A stretch of 61,976 nucleotides of DNA, counting the filler, from Choristocarpus tenellus KU-1152 (lineage: Eukaryota > Protista > Phaeophyceae): the NCBI GenBank assembly GCA_964200185.2. It is 11 parts of 11 records of this genome, joined end to end, with 100 filler letters (N's around TTAATTAATTAA, not from the genome) between each part and the next. Parts side by side here need not be neighbours in the genome. Positions count along the whole stretch, not along the records: positions 36,986 to 41,364 come from CAXNAD020014826.1; positions 41,465 to 44,683 come from CAXNAD020021454.1; positions 44,784 to 51,759 come from CAXNAD020006938.1; 8 more parts are not named here. One strand, given 5' to 3'. The notes below the pieces were generated by a model. That model worked only from the letters and a program-made list of their open reading frames with translations, was not told the DNA's origin and searched no databases. A program made the translations under genes and the position numbers. Numbering within the stretch: position 1 is the stretch's first letter; each line of letters begins with the position of its first letter. Shown here piece after piece: positions 37,041-49,005 of this stretch.

Positions 37041-37087
<47 letters not shown>

Positions 37088-38614
37088 AATGACGAGCTGA
37101 GGGCTAGAGCTGGTTCTACATTGGGATTAGTGTTTGGTGAGATTGTAGCAAGCTTTTCTTGTTGGTGGAGAAGATATTTTGAAGTTACATTCTGGAACAG
37201 TGTGTTGTAGAAGGAGATGATTGGAAGAGTGTGGAGGAGACTTAACATTGGTCACCTACAGCTTATAATTGCTGTGTTAGGCTTAGGCTTAGGTTGGTAC
37301 CCTCCTGTCTCTCTGTAAGCATTGCTAGACTGGGAAATAATAAAAAAAAGGAAGTTGTAGATGGAATGTGCTGGTAATTGTGGATGTTTCAATACAATAC
37401 AATACTGCAGATACAATACAATGCAATACAATACGATAGCTTGCACTCTGCCACGTGTGATACAGAGTGGTGAACCCTTCTGCTTGTGTATTACACAGGG
37501 TATGTTTTGCTTCTACAATTGCTACAGAGTACAGTGCAGCTACGAGGGGGCGCTTGTATTGTCACCGCTGGATTTACAGATGCTTGAATATATACTTCTA
37601 CATATGTGTATGCAGGCAATATTTTTTTGGTTTTTGGTTTTTTCTTACTTCTGGTGCGATAGATGGCCTTGATTCACGTCTTTGAAAAAAAATAATTTAA
37701 ACATGTTTTATTTTATTTTATTTTATGACATTTTTATGACATTTTTTTTTTTACTTGGTGTAGGAGCAAAGAGTCTGGAGGTTAGCGTGTACGGCAACGC
37801 CACATTGGTGCAACAACAGAACGCCTGCTCGCTGGATGGGGGGATTGAGGTGGACGAGTTGACCCTCAGGCGTTCTCCATTGGTGAGGGTATTCTCACCC
37901 CTGGTGTTGTTCTTCAGATCTAGGGCAGGTGCGGCATCAGTACCCCTGTACCCTTTTGATATTGGCCTTGAACACGAGACCCCCTTTTTACCTGGGCCTT
38001 GTGTTGAAGTCTAGTTGATTTTAGGGGGAGGGGGGGGGGTTCAACTTATTTTTTCTTTTATTTATTTTTTTAAGGCTTTGGGAGGCTTGTTTGTGCTTGA
38101 GTCTAATTATTCGTTTTTTTCTATCAAGCGCTTTCGAGAATTCGAAATTAGTATTTGAGTATTGATGTAGGGTTAGGGTTTGGGAGCATGGACAAATGGA
38201 CAGGTGGATGAATGGATGAGCTTCTTGAAATTGTAGAGCCCAAAGGAATGAGCTGGCTATATATCATTCCTCTTCGCACTCTCCTTGGAAAATGAATTTA
38301 TGTAACTGTCCATTTATAGTTTATGCACTCTATGGTAATGTAAGGTAATGTACTGCAGTATATTAATGTTGTATATTGTATTGTATCCCCTGTAATCGAT
38401 TTCTCAATGCTTTGTACCTATGGCAGTCTACTATAGTAACGTACTCGATGGTAATGTAAGGTAATGCACTGTAGTATAATGTAGTATAATTTGTGTATCC
38501 CCTGCAATTGTATCGTCAATACTTTGCCCACAACCAACAACAAGACTCTAACCCTGAACCTAGCCCTAATTCCATCGAGGTATGTATGAATGGAGTTGTA
38601 CGTGGTTTTGTACG

Positions 38615-39060
38615 GCGTTGGTATGGTATTTGTATGCTGTTTGTAGTCATTGTTGGTATGGTAGTTGTATGCTGTTTGTAGTCATTGTTGGTATGGTAGT
38701 TGTATGCTGTTTGTAGTCATTGTTGCACACTGCATACTGTGTTGTATAACATGTTACTACAGGTGTACTGGTTTGGGAGGCTTGGTACACCTCACTGTAC
38801 TATTGTTGTTCTATGGTGTTGACATTGTTGTACCTCTATGTGTTGTACCTCTGTGGTACTGTAGTTGTACTTCTGTAGTACATTGTTGTAGCTCTGTGGT
38901 ACTATATGTTGTAGCTCTGTGGCACTATAGTTGTACTTCTGTGGTACTGTAGTTGTACTTCTGTAGTACATTGTTGTAGCTCTGTGGTACTATAGTTGTA
39001 GCTCTGTGGCACTATAGTTGTACTTCTGTGGTACTGTTACTATACTTTGTGGTACTATAG
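38615..39060. repeat. Adjacent tandem repeats: 35-bp unit (about 3 copies) and ~21-bp GTTGTACTTCTGTGGTACTATA-like unit
   Basis: Directly visible. Confidence 0.85.
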
Positions 39061-39474
39061 CGCAGCTTGTTTTGTGCAGAAAGTACTTGCACCCATTCTT
39101 TTGCCTAGACCCTAACCCTATAATCACACACCAAGATTATAAAATATTAAAATAATAATAATAGTATTAACACTCTTTTCTTGGTGTTGGCAAATAAGGC
39201 ACAGTTCCAGCTCTCCTTGCACCATACCCTCCTCCCCCCCCCCCCCCCCCCCCCCCCCCCCACCCAACTAAAAAAATTTTTTTTTTTTTTTAAAAAAATT
39301 TTTTTTTTTTTTTTTCAAAAAACCANNNNNNNNNACCCCTCTCCCCCTCCCCCCCCCCCACCTAGTCATCATCATTACGAAGTTTTCTTTTTTTAGAGAA
39401 ACACTTTATTATTGTTCTCTCCAACAAACCCCAGTTCTATTCTGTTCTATTCCTTCATGATTTATTTTTTTCAG

Positions 39475-39571
39475 GGCTTTACGGCATGATGCTGGGATAT
39501 GTTATCTTCACTCTCAAGCAGCACATCCTCCCGCTGTACCTGGGGGTGTCTTTGCTGTCACTCACTACTCC
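39475..39571 (+). CDS. Possible isolated exon of a membrane protein
   Basis: Pyrimidine tract and cag|, open frame LYGMMLGYVIFTLKQHILPLYLGVSLLSLTT, then |gtgagt donor. No family assigned. Confidence 0.35.
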
Positions 39572-40085
39572 GTGAGTGCCGCAGTTAAGGGTTAGGGTTA
39601 GGGTTACAGTTCAACTCCTGTTTTAAAACGCCTCCACAAACGAGGTGATTCCTGGGACACTCTGTCGTAGTTAGGGTTGGGGTTAGGGTTACGTTTTGAG
39701 GGCGATGGCAGGCAATCTAGCGAGAATTTTCCTTCTTCCTTAGTTAGGATTAGGGTTAGGGTTTGCAAGTAGTCAGGTGGACTACATGCAGTCGATTTTG
39801 CCCAGTAGTGCATTACTGTTGTTTGTTCTCTGTTTATTGGCTCGGTCCCCCCCTTCAAACGTTATTGCTGCCAAGAGTCTTGTGGGTGATCATTTTCAGA
39901 GGTCATTGATTGAGACTGCTTTTGTTTGGGTTCATTCCTCCCCGTGAGTGCTCCGCCTACTCGGAGTAAAAATACTAATATATATGTATGTTTTATTATT
40001 ATTTCTCAAGTTTTTGTTTTTGTTTTTTACTTTTTCTCGGTGAGTGAAAAAAACAAAAAAACGTGTTGCGCAAGGGCGTATATTG

Positions 40086-40116
<31 letters not shown>

Positions 40117-41691
40117 ACTAACCTGTACGGAATATGTTGTTGCATATGCTGTATTTGCATACATGTGAGAGTATTTAGTCATTCACTATTCCCTATGTGT
40201 GTATGCAACAACAGTAAAGTTCCCCATTGTCGCCCTGATAGGCTGAACCTTTGTATGTCAAGGGACCACCGGAGAGCCTTTTTTTTTCATACTATTTTAA
40301 TTGCTTTACGCACTCTATTTCCCCTTATCCATTTGGGGGGTTGGATTTAATTGTGTATACGTTGACATTTTTGTAGTGAGGTCACGGACAGGTCCTGTTG
40401 TTGGGAACCGATCTGAGTCAGATACCAGTTTCTTTCTTTCCACCTGCTCGTAGAGTACTTCACAGATGACACACAGAGCACCACAGAGCTCCACGTGGCA
40501 CCACCAACCGTTGGAGATGCTCTGAGGATCCTCGGAACTCCTGTGCATTGTTGAAAGTAGAGTTGAGAGTCACAACAACACCTCCTGTCTATGTCCTCAC
40601 AACAGTCCTGCTGAGACTCTCATGCCACAATCATCCAAAGGCTGTTAGCGGTGTCCTGAGAGGATGAACACTAAGACAAGTAAGTTATTGGCAGCACCTT
40701 TGCCCACTGGACGTGTGGGGGAAAATAGGAACCCTCCGACAACTGTATCTACCCACCATTGTAACATCACTGGTGACCATCACCCTTCGCCAGCAATTTC
40801 CTGTCACCAACCATATCCGATGACCAACCAGTGCAACCGATATTTGGCTCCAGTTTCCGGTCACCTACCAATGCAGTGAATTTCCGCGAATCCATCCACT
40901 CCTTCCTCCATACCACTCTCCACTCCACACCATTCAACAATCATCCAAGAACACTCATTCACCCTCTAAGTTTTTCAATACCGTGCCTTTGAACTAGAAC
41001 ACTATCTAAAGCCACCTCTACCCTGCCCGAACTTGACCTCCCCACCCCCTTCCCCCAGCATCCCAATCGATCGTAAGCAATCAAAAGGGTGGGTGGGTGA
41101 GTGGGTAGGAAAGATCACTCGGAGGTTGCCTTGTTCTAGCCCTGCTTGTTGTCCCACCAACCTCCGATCTCGTACCTCCACCTTACCACACATTTCCTTT
41201 AACTTCTCTCCTGCCTCTTGTGACTCTCAGTCGCACAGTGTTTAACTTTTCGTCCACCCTCTCATTCTTTTTTTTTTCCCTTAGCACCCCACTCGCGCTC
41301 CACTCTCACCATACGTCATTCCCCTACAAGTTCTCCCTCCCGCAGTAACGAGATTATTTCACCANNNNNNNNNNNNNNNNNNNNNNNNNNNNNNNNNNNN
41401 NNNNNNNNTTAATTAATTAANNNNNNNNNNNNNNNNNNNNNNNNNNNNNNNNNNNNNNNNNNNNGACACCCTGTAACTATCCCCCTGCCGGGAGGAAGGG
41501 GCAGGGGGAGGGGGGGGGGGGAGGGGGAGCTTCTAGATAGGGCTCCATTTCCAAATGCACACACCCTACAAGCTCTTCAAATCCGTGAAGACCAATGTTC
41601 GCCTGAACCTTCAAGCAATACAGTAGGTCGCCATCACTGAACATCACCTACCAACACCACAAAATGATCACATCTTGTTGCTCGTTGCCCT

Positions 41692-43208
41692 TCACATCAT
41701 CGGACCACCAATATCCATCTCACGTCGTTGGTGATTACTGGGAGGAGGAATTTGCACCGGCATAGACATGGGACCCCCAGGTCCACCCATAGATACTCCC
41801 CTTCCGCCGCCCACATCCCCTTGCTGGTTATGCTGCTGGAATTGTTGAGAGAAGCATGGGGAAACAGTGTTCCCATTAGAAGCAGTATTTGACGGGGATC
41901 CCCCACTGCCAACTCCTCCCACCACACCTGAAACAGCCTCTGGTTCTATCTGCTGCATCCAGATTCGAGTCTTGTAAAGACTGAACAGGTCACGAACCAG
42001 CTCTCGGAAATCAATCCGACTGATGGGACAAAACCACATGCACATGCCAGGGTTTTTGGTCAAGGATCATTCAGTTTGCAGTTCAGAAACCACAAAACTA
42101 CAGTATCATACCAGTACAGGCACATTAACAACATCGCTTGCTAGACAAAAAGCATTGGTCGAAAGGGTTTGTTCAAAATATCTCATCTTCATACATCGGT
42201 ACATGTATCTGGGGAAAGAAGACATACAGCACCAATACATGAGAATAAGTATATGGTAAGGGCAGCTGCTACAAGCTTTCGGAGAGATCATTCACGAACT
42301 CTAAACAATAGGGCCAAAGTTGAGCGTAACCTATCACTGGAAAGGGGGGATAGTCACAACAGGTGGGTGAATACCTTAGGATAACCCTTGACTTACCCTT
42401 TTGGACAGGATTTGCTGTGTCATTGCCTACTCAAGATTATTGCTTAGAGACCCTATAAAAATTGCACTTGTTAGATCATTGAAGAGAGGCCAGAGAAGAT
42501 AGCCTTGCCATGAAGGTCTGCAGTAAAACTTGAATAGTTGTATCCATTTTCATGTCATCAAAACAAAAAATAGGGAAAAAAAATGCGCGGGCTACCGATT
42601 TCAACAAGGCATCAAAGATAAGCACTGACTACGATCAAAAAGTTGAGAGGTCAGCATGCTGTAACAACTATATCGCGGACATCAAATATTAAATCCATCA
42701 CATAATCAATGCTTTCTGCCACAGTCATACAATGTTGCTGACCAAACTACAACCTTACCAATATACCAGCTCTTTACTCCAACAGCCTTATCTCAAAAGA
42801 AAATGACATGACCACGATCTATCTTGAAGAAAAGTGAACACTCAACTGTCAACAGGTTATCTTTACTTTTCGCACCCGAGCTCCAGACCGCCTTCCTACG
42901 ACAAAAGAATCGCCGAACTATTATGCCAAAAAAAAGAGAGTCAAACAAAAGTGACGACCAAAGTACCACAAAAAACATTTAAAATCTTGCTCAAGACCAA
43001 ATCAAAGATTCGATACCAAAAGAGAACACAAAGAAATACACCAATCAATGCACATCCCCAACCGAAGAGACTCAACATTGCATGTCAGACACAACCAGAC
43101 ATAATACCATTTGTTGCACACCACATCTCAAAGTAAGCAATAAACTGTGCCCTTAATTCAGTAACATTGTTTAATTGAACATGATGTATCGTTCCTTCAT
43201 GATCAAAA

Positions 43209-43242
<34 letters not shown>

Positions 43243-44683
43243 ACAACAAAAAAAAAGCAAAAAAAAATAAAACCCACCCCCCCACCCCCAAAGAAGAAGG
43301 TGAGCTTGTGTCGGTCATACTGAAACTCAGCATCAATGACTCGCATCGGGAGGGCCCTCTGGTGCACCTTGGTACGGCAAACATCCAGCACTCTCTCTTC
43401 ATCTCTCAACTTGTCCTTGACCATTGTCACCTTAGCAGGCAGTAACGTAATGCACAACAGGGAAAAACAGCAGATACATAGTTTGCCACATAGTGTTCAT
43501 AGAACGGTCACATGTGCCTCCACTAGCCCCTGCACCATTACAAGTAAATCATGGCATTATCAGGTATGCAAACTGGTCTACATAAAATATGCCTTCCATT
43601 TCTCACACCCCTTGCCGATCATTGAACTAGACAACAAATATTATTGACCAAATTCAAGGCAGAGGCAGCATGTACATGACAGACCATTTACCGAGAACTC
43701 AAGTTATCTGTTTACATACTCTGAGTGTGCAGAACACGTGCTCTACAACCACACCACAGCAGGCGTGTTTCCCCCATGAGAACAAAACTAAGGGTATTGA
43801 TGACTGAAACAGCGCACCTGACGAAGTCATCATAATCAAAAAAATATACATCAGGAAAAAGACATGCTAGGACTATGCAGTACACCTACTCGACTATCAC
43901 CAAGCAATTACCTCCTCTTCAGTTGCTGCCCGAATGAGGCGTTCCTTCTCAAACTGACCATAACCACGCTTGTGACCAGCAGTGGCAGGACGGGGGCGAC
44001 CCATGTCAGGCATGGGGTAGCTGGTGATCACCATCCCAAGGTCCTCCCCCCTGTCTGCCTCAACCTTCACGTAATCACCAGGCTGGACATGGTCGGGGGG
44101 GAAGAAGGATGTAGAGGGATGAATATGTGAATCAAATTTTGAGAAGTCTGGGGAGAGGGGTGGGGGGGACTGGATAACTCATAAAAAGTTACACCATTTC
44201 ACACTCAGGAAAAAGATGCAAGCCATTCAAGGAAGAAACAGGAAATGGGACGTCAGCGAGATAGATGGCAAGAGACTGTATCGCACCGGCTTGTCCACCA
44301 CAAATCGGAGCAATCCTCACTCCGTTGGTGTGTCCAAAAAACAACGGACACTAAACAGGGCAACCAACACCAAGAGCAAAAGGGAAATCGCAAACCTATC
44401 TTCAAAAAAAATACACACACCTGCAAATCCCTCTCACAGGACTTTCCAAGCAGAAAGTTCCTCATGGAACGTTTGAACTGCACTTGATAGATGTTCCCAT
44501 CACCAACATCCTCCAGAATATCGTACATAGAACTATGCCGGCTCAACCCTCCTCGTCCCATCCCCATTCCCATCAAACCCATTGCCCGCATGTCATGCAT
44601 AGTATGCATGTACATGCCACCATCCATGCCTCCCACTCCACCAACCCCACCTCGGTGGGTCATCCCTCCTCCCCGGCTACCCC
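41692..44683 (-). CDS. PSP1 C-terminal domain protein (PF04468; Psp1/CSBP/RicT-like), 3' part. Exons 44683-44421, 44082-43912, 43430 to about 43278, 42019-41692
   Basis: Spliced product IYQVQFKR..LQ|PGDYVKVEADRGEDLG..|..CRTKVHQRALPMRVIDAEFQYDRHKLTFFF|RIDFRELVRDLFSLYKTRIWMQ contains all the hallmark PSP1 motifs. Confidence 0.92.
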
Positions 44684-45155
44684 NNNNNNNNNNNNNNNNN
44701 NNNNNNNNNNNNNNNNNNNNNNNNNNNTTAATTAATTAANNNNNNNNNNNNNNNNNNNNNNNNNNNNNNNNNNNNNNNNNNNNACCCCTCCCCCCCCCAG
44801 ATACGTTTAGCCTGTTTACACATCCGTATACTTCATTGGCAAATCGAGAAATGTTGACCGGCAGGACAAGAAACAAAAACTTATCAAACTCTGGAGTGCT
44901 TCGTATGTGGTAAATTTTTTTCACTAATTTCTTGAGTTAAATTAATTACGCCCTATTGCGCTCAACATCATTGACGCACCACTGCATCCCTTCCTGGTAC
45001 CCCTCCCTTCATCTACTGCCACCCTTCTTCGTGGCCCCTGCTTTGCAGCTTCCCTAAGCTAATACCCGACATGGACATATATTGCTCCTTCTTATCACTT
45101 AGACTGATCCATCGCCTCAACGCATACTATCACTGCCATGGGTGATCCAAAAAAG

Positions 45156-48100
45156 GTGTTCAACCTCTGGCGCACACTGGGGAAGCACAGCGAGAGTGTT
45201 CGCAGGGTGGTCCTGTCCCGTCGCATTGGTCTGACTGTGAAGAAGCTCCTAGGGTGTCCTGACGGCGTCGTTCTGTACCAGGTGAGCCGCCATGAGTCAT
45301 CACATTGTGGGGGGGGGGGAGGGGGAATTTCAGACAAATGCAGGCAGGAAGAGACCCAAGTCTCAGTTTCAGGATACTAATGAAATCCAGAAGTTGAGAA
45401 AAATAGACGTTTTTCGAGTCGGACTTGCGCCCAGATGCTTTGATCATAGCAGCTCTCGCTTAACTTTTCTAACTCTGCAGTATGGCTGGAATATCTTCTC
45501 TTCCTTGTTCCGATTTGTGGTTGGCTTTTCGAGCAGGATGTAAAGCATGGAAGTTATGCGTTGCATTTTCTTTCCTAGGATTGTGTCGTGTACCATGCTG
45601 ATGGAAGAGTTATCCAGAGTCTTTTATCCTTGTACACACAAATTGTGACTTGTGCTGTTCTGGTGTTTTTTTAAACTTAGTCGTAACTGTGCTCGAGTGG
45701 TGCAGATATTTCAGAACGAGAGGAGAGCCACATTACAAATACCTCTCTCAATTTTTTTTCAAGATTGCTGGTAATATATTTTATACGGTACAAATTTTCT
45801 GTTGCATATTGCAGAGCATCTTCAGAGAACGGTGGCATTGCGGCATAAGACTATATAATTTCATTATGGCGATATATTTAAATGTAAAGCATTTGTACAA
45901 CGTATCACTATGTCCACTGACCAGCCCATACCTTGTGCCGCACTCTTCTTGCTCCCCTGCGTCCACGCCCGTACCCACTTCTATCTGCCCAATTCAGGAC
46001 TCCAGCTTCTTAAAAAGCCCTGTCGCCAGCCAGACTGGCTGGCACTCTGATTTGAACATGTGTCCACTTGACACGAACCGCCTGGTGAGCCAAACACCTG
46101 CCACAAGCTCTTCCAATAGTTCGAGATCCTTGCTGAAACTCGGTAGCACATTGCCCTCCATGTTACTTTTCACAAAGTTTTTCCTATTTGGATGGAAGGA
46201 GGTGCATATATGCCAGAGCTTGTTCCATTACCTCTGGGATATCTAGAGCATAAATTCTGTGATGGACGAGTGTATTACGCTGTGCTATCAACATAGTTGA
46301 ACCATGTTGTATGTGCATCCCCCCTATGTATTAGGTGACGATATGGATCCCCCTTCACAATGTAGCATCTGCTGAGGAAGGTGGATCAGCACTCCAGTTC
46401 ATGAGTGGTTCCCACAGGTAACTTGCACTTCTGGTTTCAATATACAGATAAATTTTAGTGCTATGAACAGGATGCACTTTTCACGGCACAGGGCGTTTCA
46501 TTTTCTAGGCGATTAGGCATTTTCGTGTGGCATTTATAGAATGGAATAGAGTTCCAATGCTTGCAGCTTGGTCTTCAGTCAGATGGTTGGAAAATTGCAT
46601 CTTTCGAGATACATACGTCAAGTCCTATCTTCCACCTTACCTACAGTTATCATACTAACTTATACTACTATTTCATGCAAATTATTGTATTTGAAATGGT
46701 GGATCTGTGTCTTGTGATGCAGGAGATTAGTGTATTTGTGAGATGCCCTGCCGTGTTGTATTGTCTTTTCTCTTTTTCTTTTGGATTGGTTTCGTAACCT
46801 TGGTACTTGTCATCATCATCTCGTCTCTGACGGATCTATACAGGCAGGAGCATGTAGACTCTAACCCATACAAGACGTTCTTAGTAATTGCGTGTGAATG
46901 TTGTATTTTCTTGCACCTCCTCGTAGATTTCCTTCTGGTTCATCCTGAATTCATTGCACGAAAATCAGTGCCACAGGTGCCGTTGCCTCTCAACCTTACG
47001 CCGAAGTGTCTCCTATTCCCCCTATGTTCCCCAGGGACCATGCGCTCCACCACTGGTATAGTAGAGCTTCCGTCGCGGAGGTAAAAGAAGGCATAACCTA
47101 CAGTGGAAAGCGCTACCCCCACGTCAACCATGCCCCCTTAGAACCAGGTAAGTGGTTGAGGGCAGCATGGATGGATTTCTGTGCTTCGATACTGAGCGAA
47201 TTTTGTTTTTAGACGATTCAGCCTATGATACTTGCAATGAAACCCGTGAGATTGTGACCCAGTGATCCCTTGATGGATTCTGCACTGGGCCTTGGTTTGA
47301 AAGTCTGTTGATGCTAGAACTATGGTCTATACAAAGCCTTGTTCCTTGAGAAAGGATTAAGTAAGAACTGAATAAACATGACCTCCACACTTTTGTGTGA
47401 TAACTAAAAAAAATAGAAACTTGAAAATGAGAGTGTGCCAGAAGAGAAGTCAAAAGGGCAACCTGCAAGAGTCATCCCATTGTCTCTAATGAGATCAGTG
47501 CATTGGAACCAAATCTGTGTCCACGCTTCAAATCTATCTGATTTCTACCAATGGCATGCACATACGCGTGGTTGGTTTACTCCTGTGTACTTCCAACTAC
47601 TGCGCTTGGAACCATAGCTGAACCTGCCCCTGCAAGCAGTGTGTTTGGTGTCTATTTTGATTGGTGAGGAGGATTATCGGTTGTTCTGCATTATCTCTTA
47701 TCCAACCATTTGCTCAGTATCCACCTTGACACAGGTGTCCTGTGTTTTATTACCTTCTTGCTGAAGCCCCTGCAGACATACTTGGGACTACCTCTATATG
47801 CTAGGGTACAGGTTTTGTGGATATGTATCCGATTAGACTGTTCATTTGGAGTAGAGGAGGGAGGAGTTGGTTGTATCCCCTCGCTGTTGTGCACAACAAC
47901 TGTCAGTGTGTTGCACAGAGGTTAAATGTAGAAGGTGTTAGGTAGTAACGATCTACTAGTACTTCGAGATACTACCTAGCAAAATACAAGAATGTTATTT
48001 TGAGATTAGCAGTTGAATACTGTGCCCTGTTGACCAATCTACTGAGACATCAAGAGTAGTGTCATTCATCACCACTTCGTGGCTGTACTTGGCCATATAG

Positions 48101-49005
48101 AACTATTTGCTCTGAAAAAAGTACTTCTTGAAGTGCTTCAAAGTAATATCGACTATTCACAAGTATTGTACTCGGTCCATTCTCCAGTAAATGTACAGGC
48201 GCCATGAACTGCTGGAAACCAAAGCATTATGTGAGCTCTTAGCCCTTCCATGTAGCCAACGTATCCCCCCCTGACACTTCACAGGTGATGTGACGTTTCA
48301 TGATGGGTGGGTAGCACACTCCGCACTTGGCAATAAGAGACGTTTTGCTTTCACTGTCAGCTACACGTGTGAAGGTGTCCGAACCTACAATGAGAAGCAC
48401 ATGAAAACCTTCCACGAAGAGGTATTAATTCTGGAGGAGGGATGCAGACGGTTTGCAAGCCCGTATTTTGGGTGGGATGTTGCTTTTTTCCTTATGGAAT
48501 TTAGTATGTTCAGATACGCGATCAGTTGAATTCGTGATGCAAACATTACGTTTAGAGTAGCTCCAGGATTGTCACATAGTGCAATGTCAATGTACTGCTC
48601 CCTCAAACACCATAAAACCTACTCTCCTTCTGCAAAATGTATAGTGCAGGAAAGTCGGTAGATATGACATTTTTTATCTACAACTGTGTGCTTAGAGCTC
48701 TACACGATCGTTGAAATGGACCTGCACAGTCAACCCTGTAGCACTTGCAGTATATAGACAAAATATTTCAAAAGGAATGGTTAAAACATTGGTATTGTGT
48801 CATTCTCCGTTGTTCTATATTCGTCTATGTTCCTGTTGCCTTCCACTCTTCATTCTACTCTTCAGCCAAAGCCCTTGATTTGCACTCTATACCCATAAAT
48901 TACAATTAGGACAAGGCATCTTGGGAAGACTGGCTACCAAGCCTACCTCCAGGGTCGAAAGTCAAGCACTCTCTCCTACCCGTGTTGCCTCTGGATGAGG
49001 ATTAA
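45156..49005 (+). CDS. Phytanoyl-CoA dioxygenase (PhyH) family 2OG/Fe(II) oxygenase, 5'-incomplete. Exons 45156-45281, 45998-46084, 46335-46417, 47035-47147, 48285-48421, 48910-49005
   Basis: Six exons join in phase: VFNLWR..VLYQ|DSSFLK..GWHSDLNMCPLDTNRL|VTIWIPL..LQFMSGSH(R)|..LEP(G)|DVTFHDGWVAHSALGN.RRFAF..|DKASWEDWL..HSLLP..stop. HxD..H triad and the 2OG-binding Arg are present. Confidence 0.92.

Noticed and set aside
43271-43290. Apparent phase break and GGGG in place of the usual E/A-D/E-R segment in the PSP1 gene
   Set aside because: Lies beside long homopolymer runs; more likely base-calling error than a true pseudogene or recoding.
45103-45155. In-frame TGA upstream of the PhyH exon (selenocysteine or readthrough) and ATG 45138 as start
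   Set aside because: More simply intron sequence before an AAG acceptor at 45155; homologues are expected to extend further N-terminally.
11312-49005. Functional cluster of CFAP47, WD40, PSP1 and PhyH genes
   Set aside because: Each gene is on a different concatenated contig, so adjacency is artificial.
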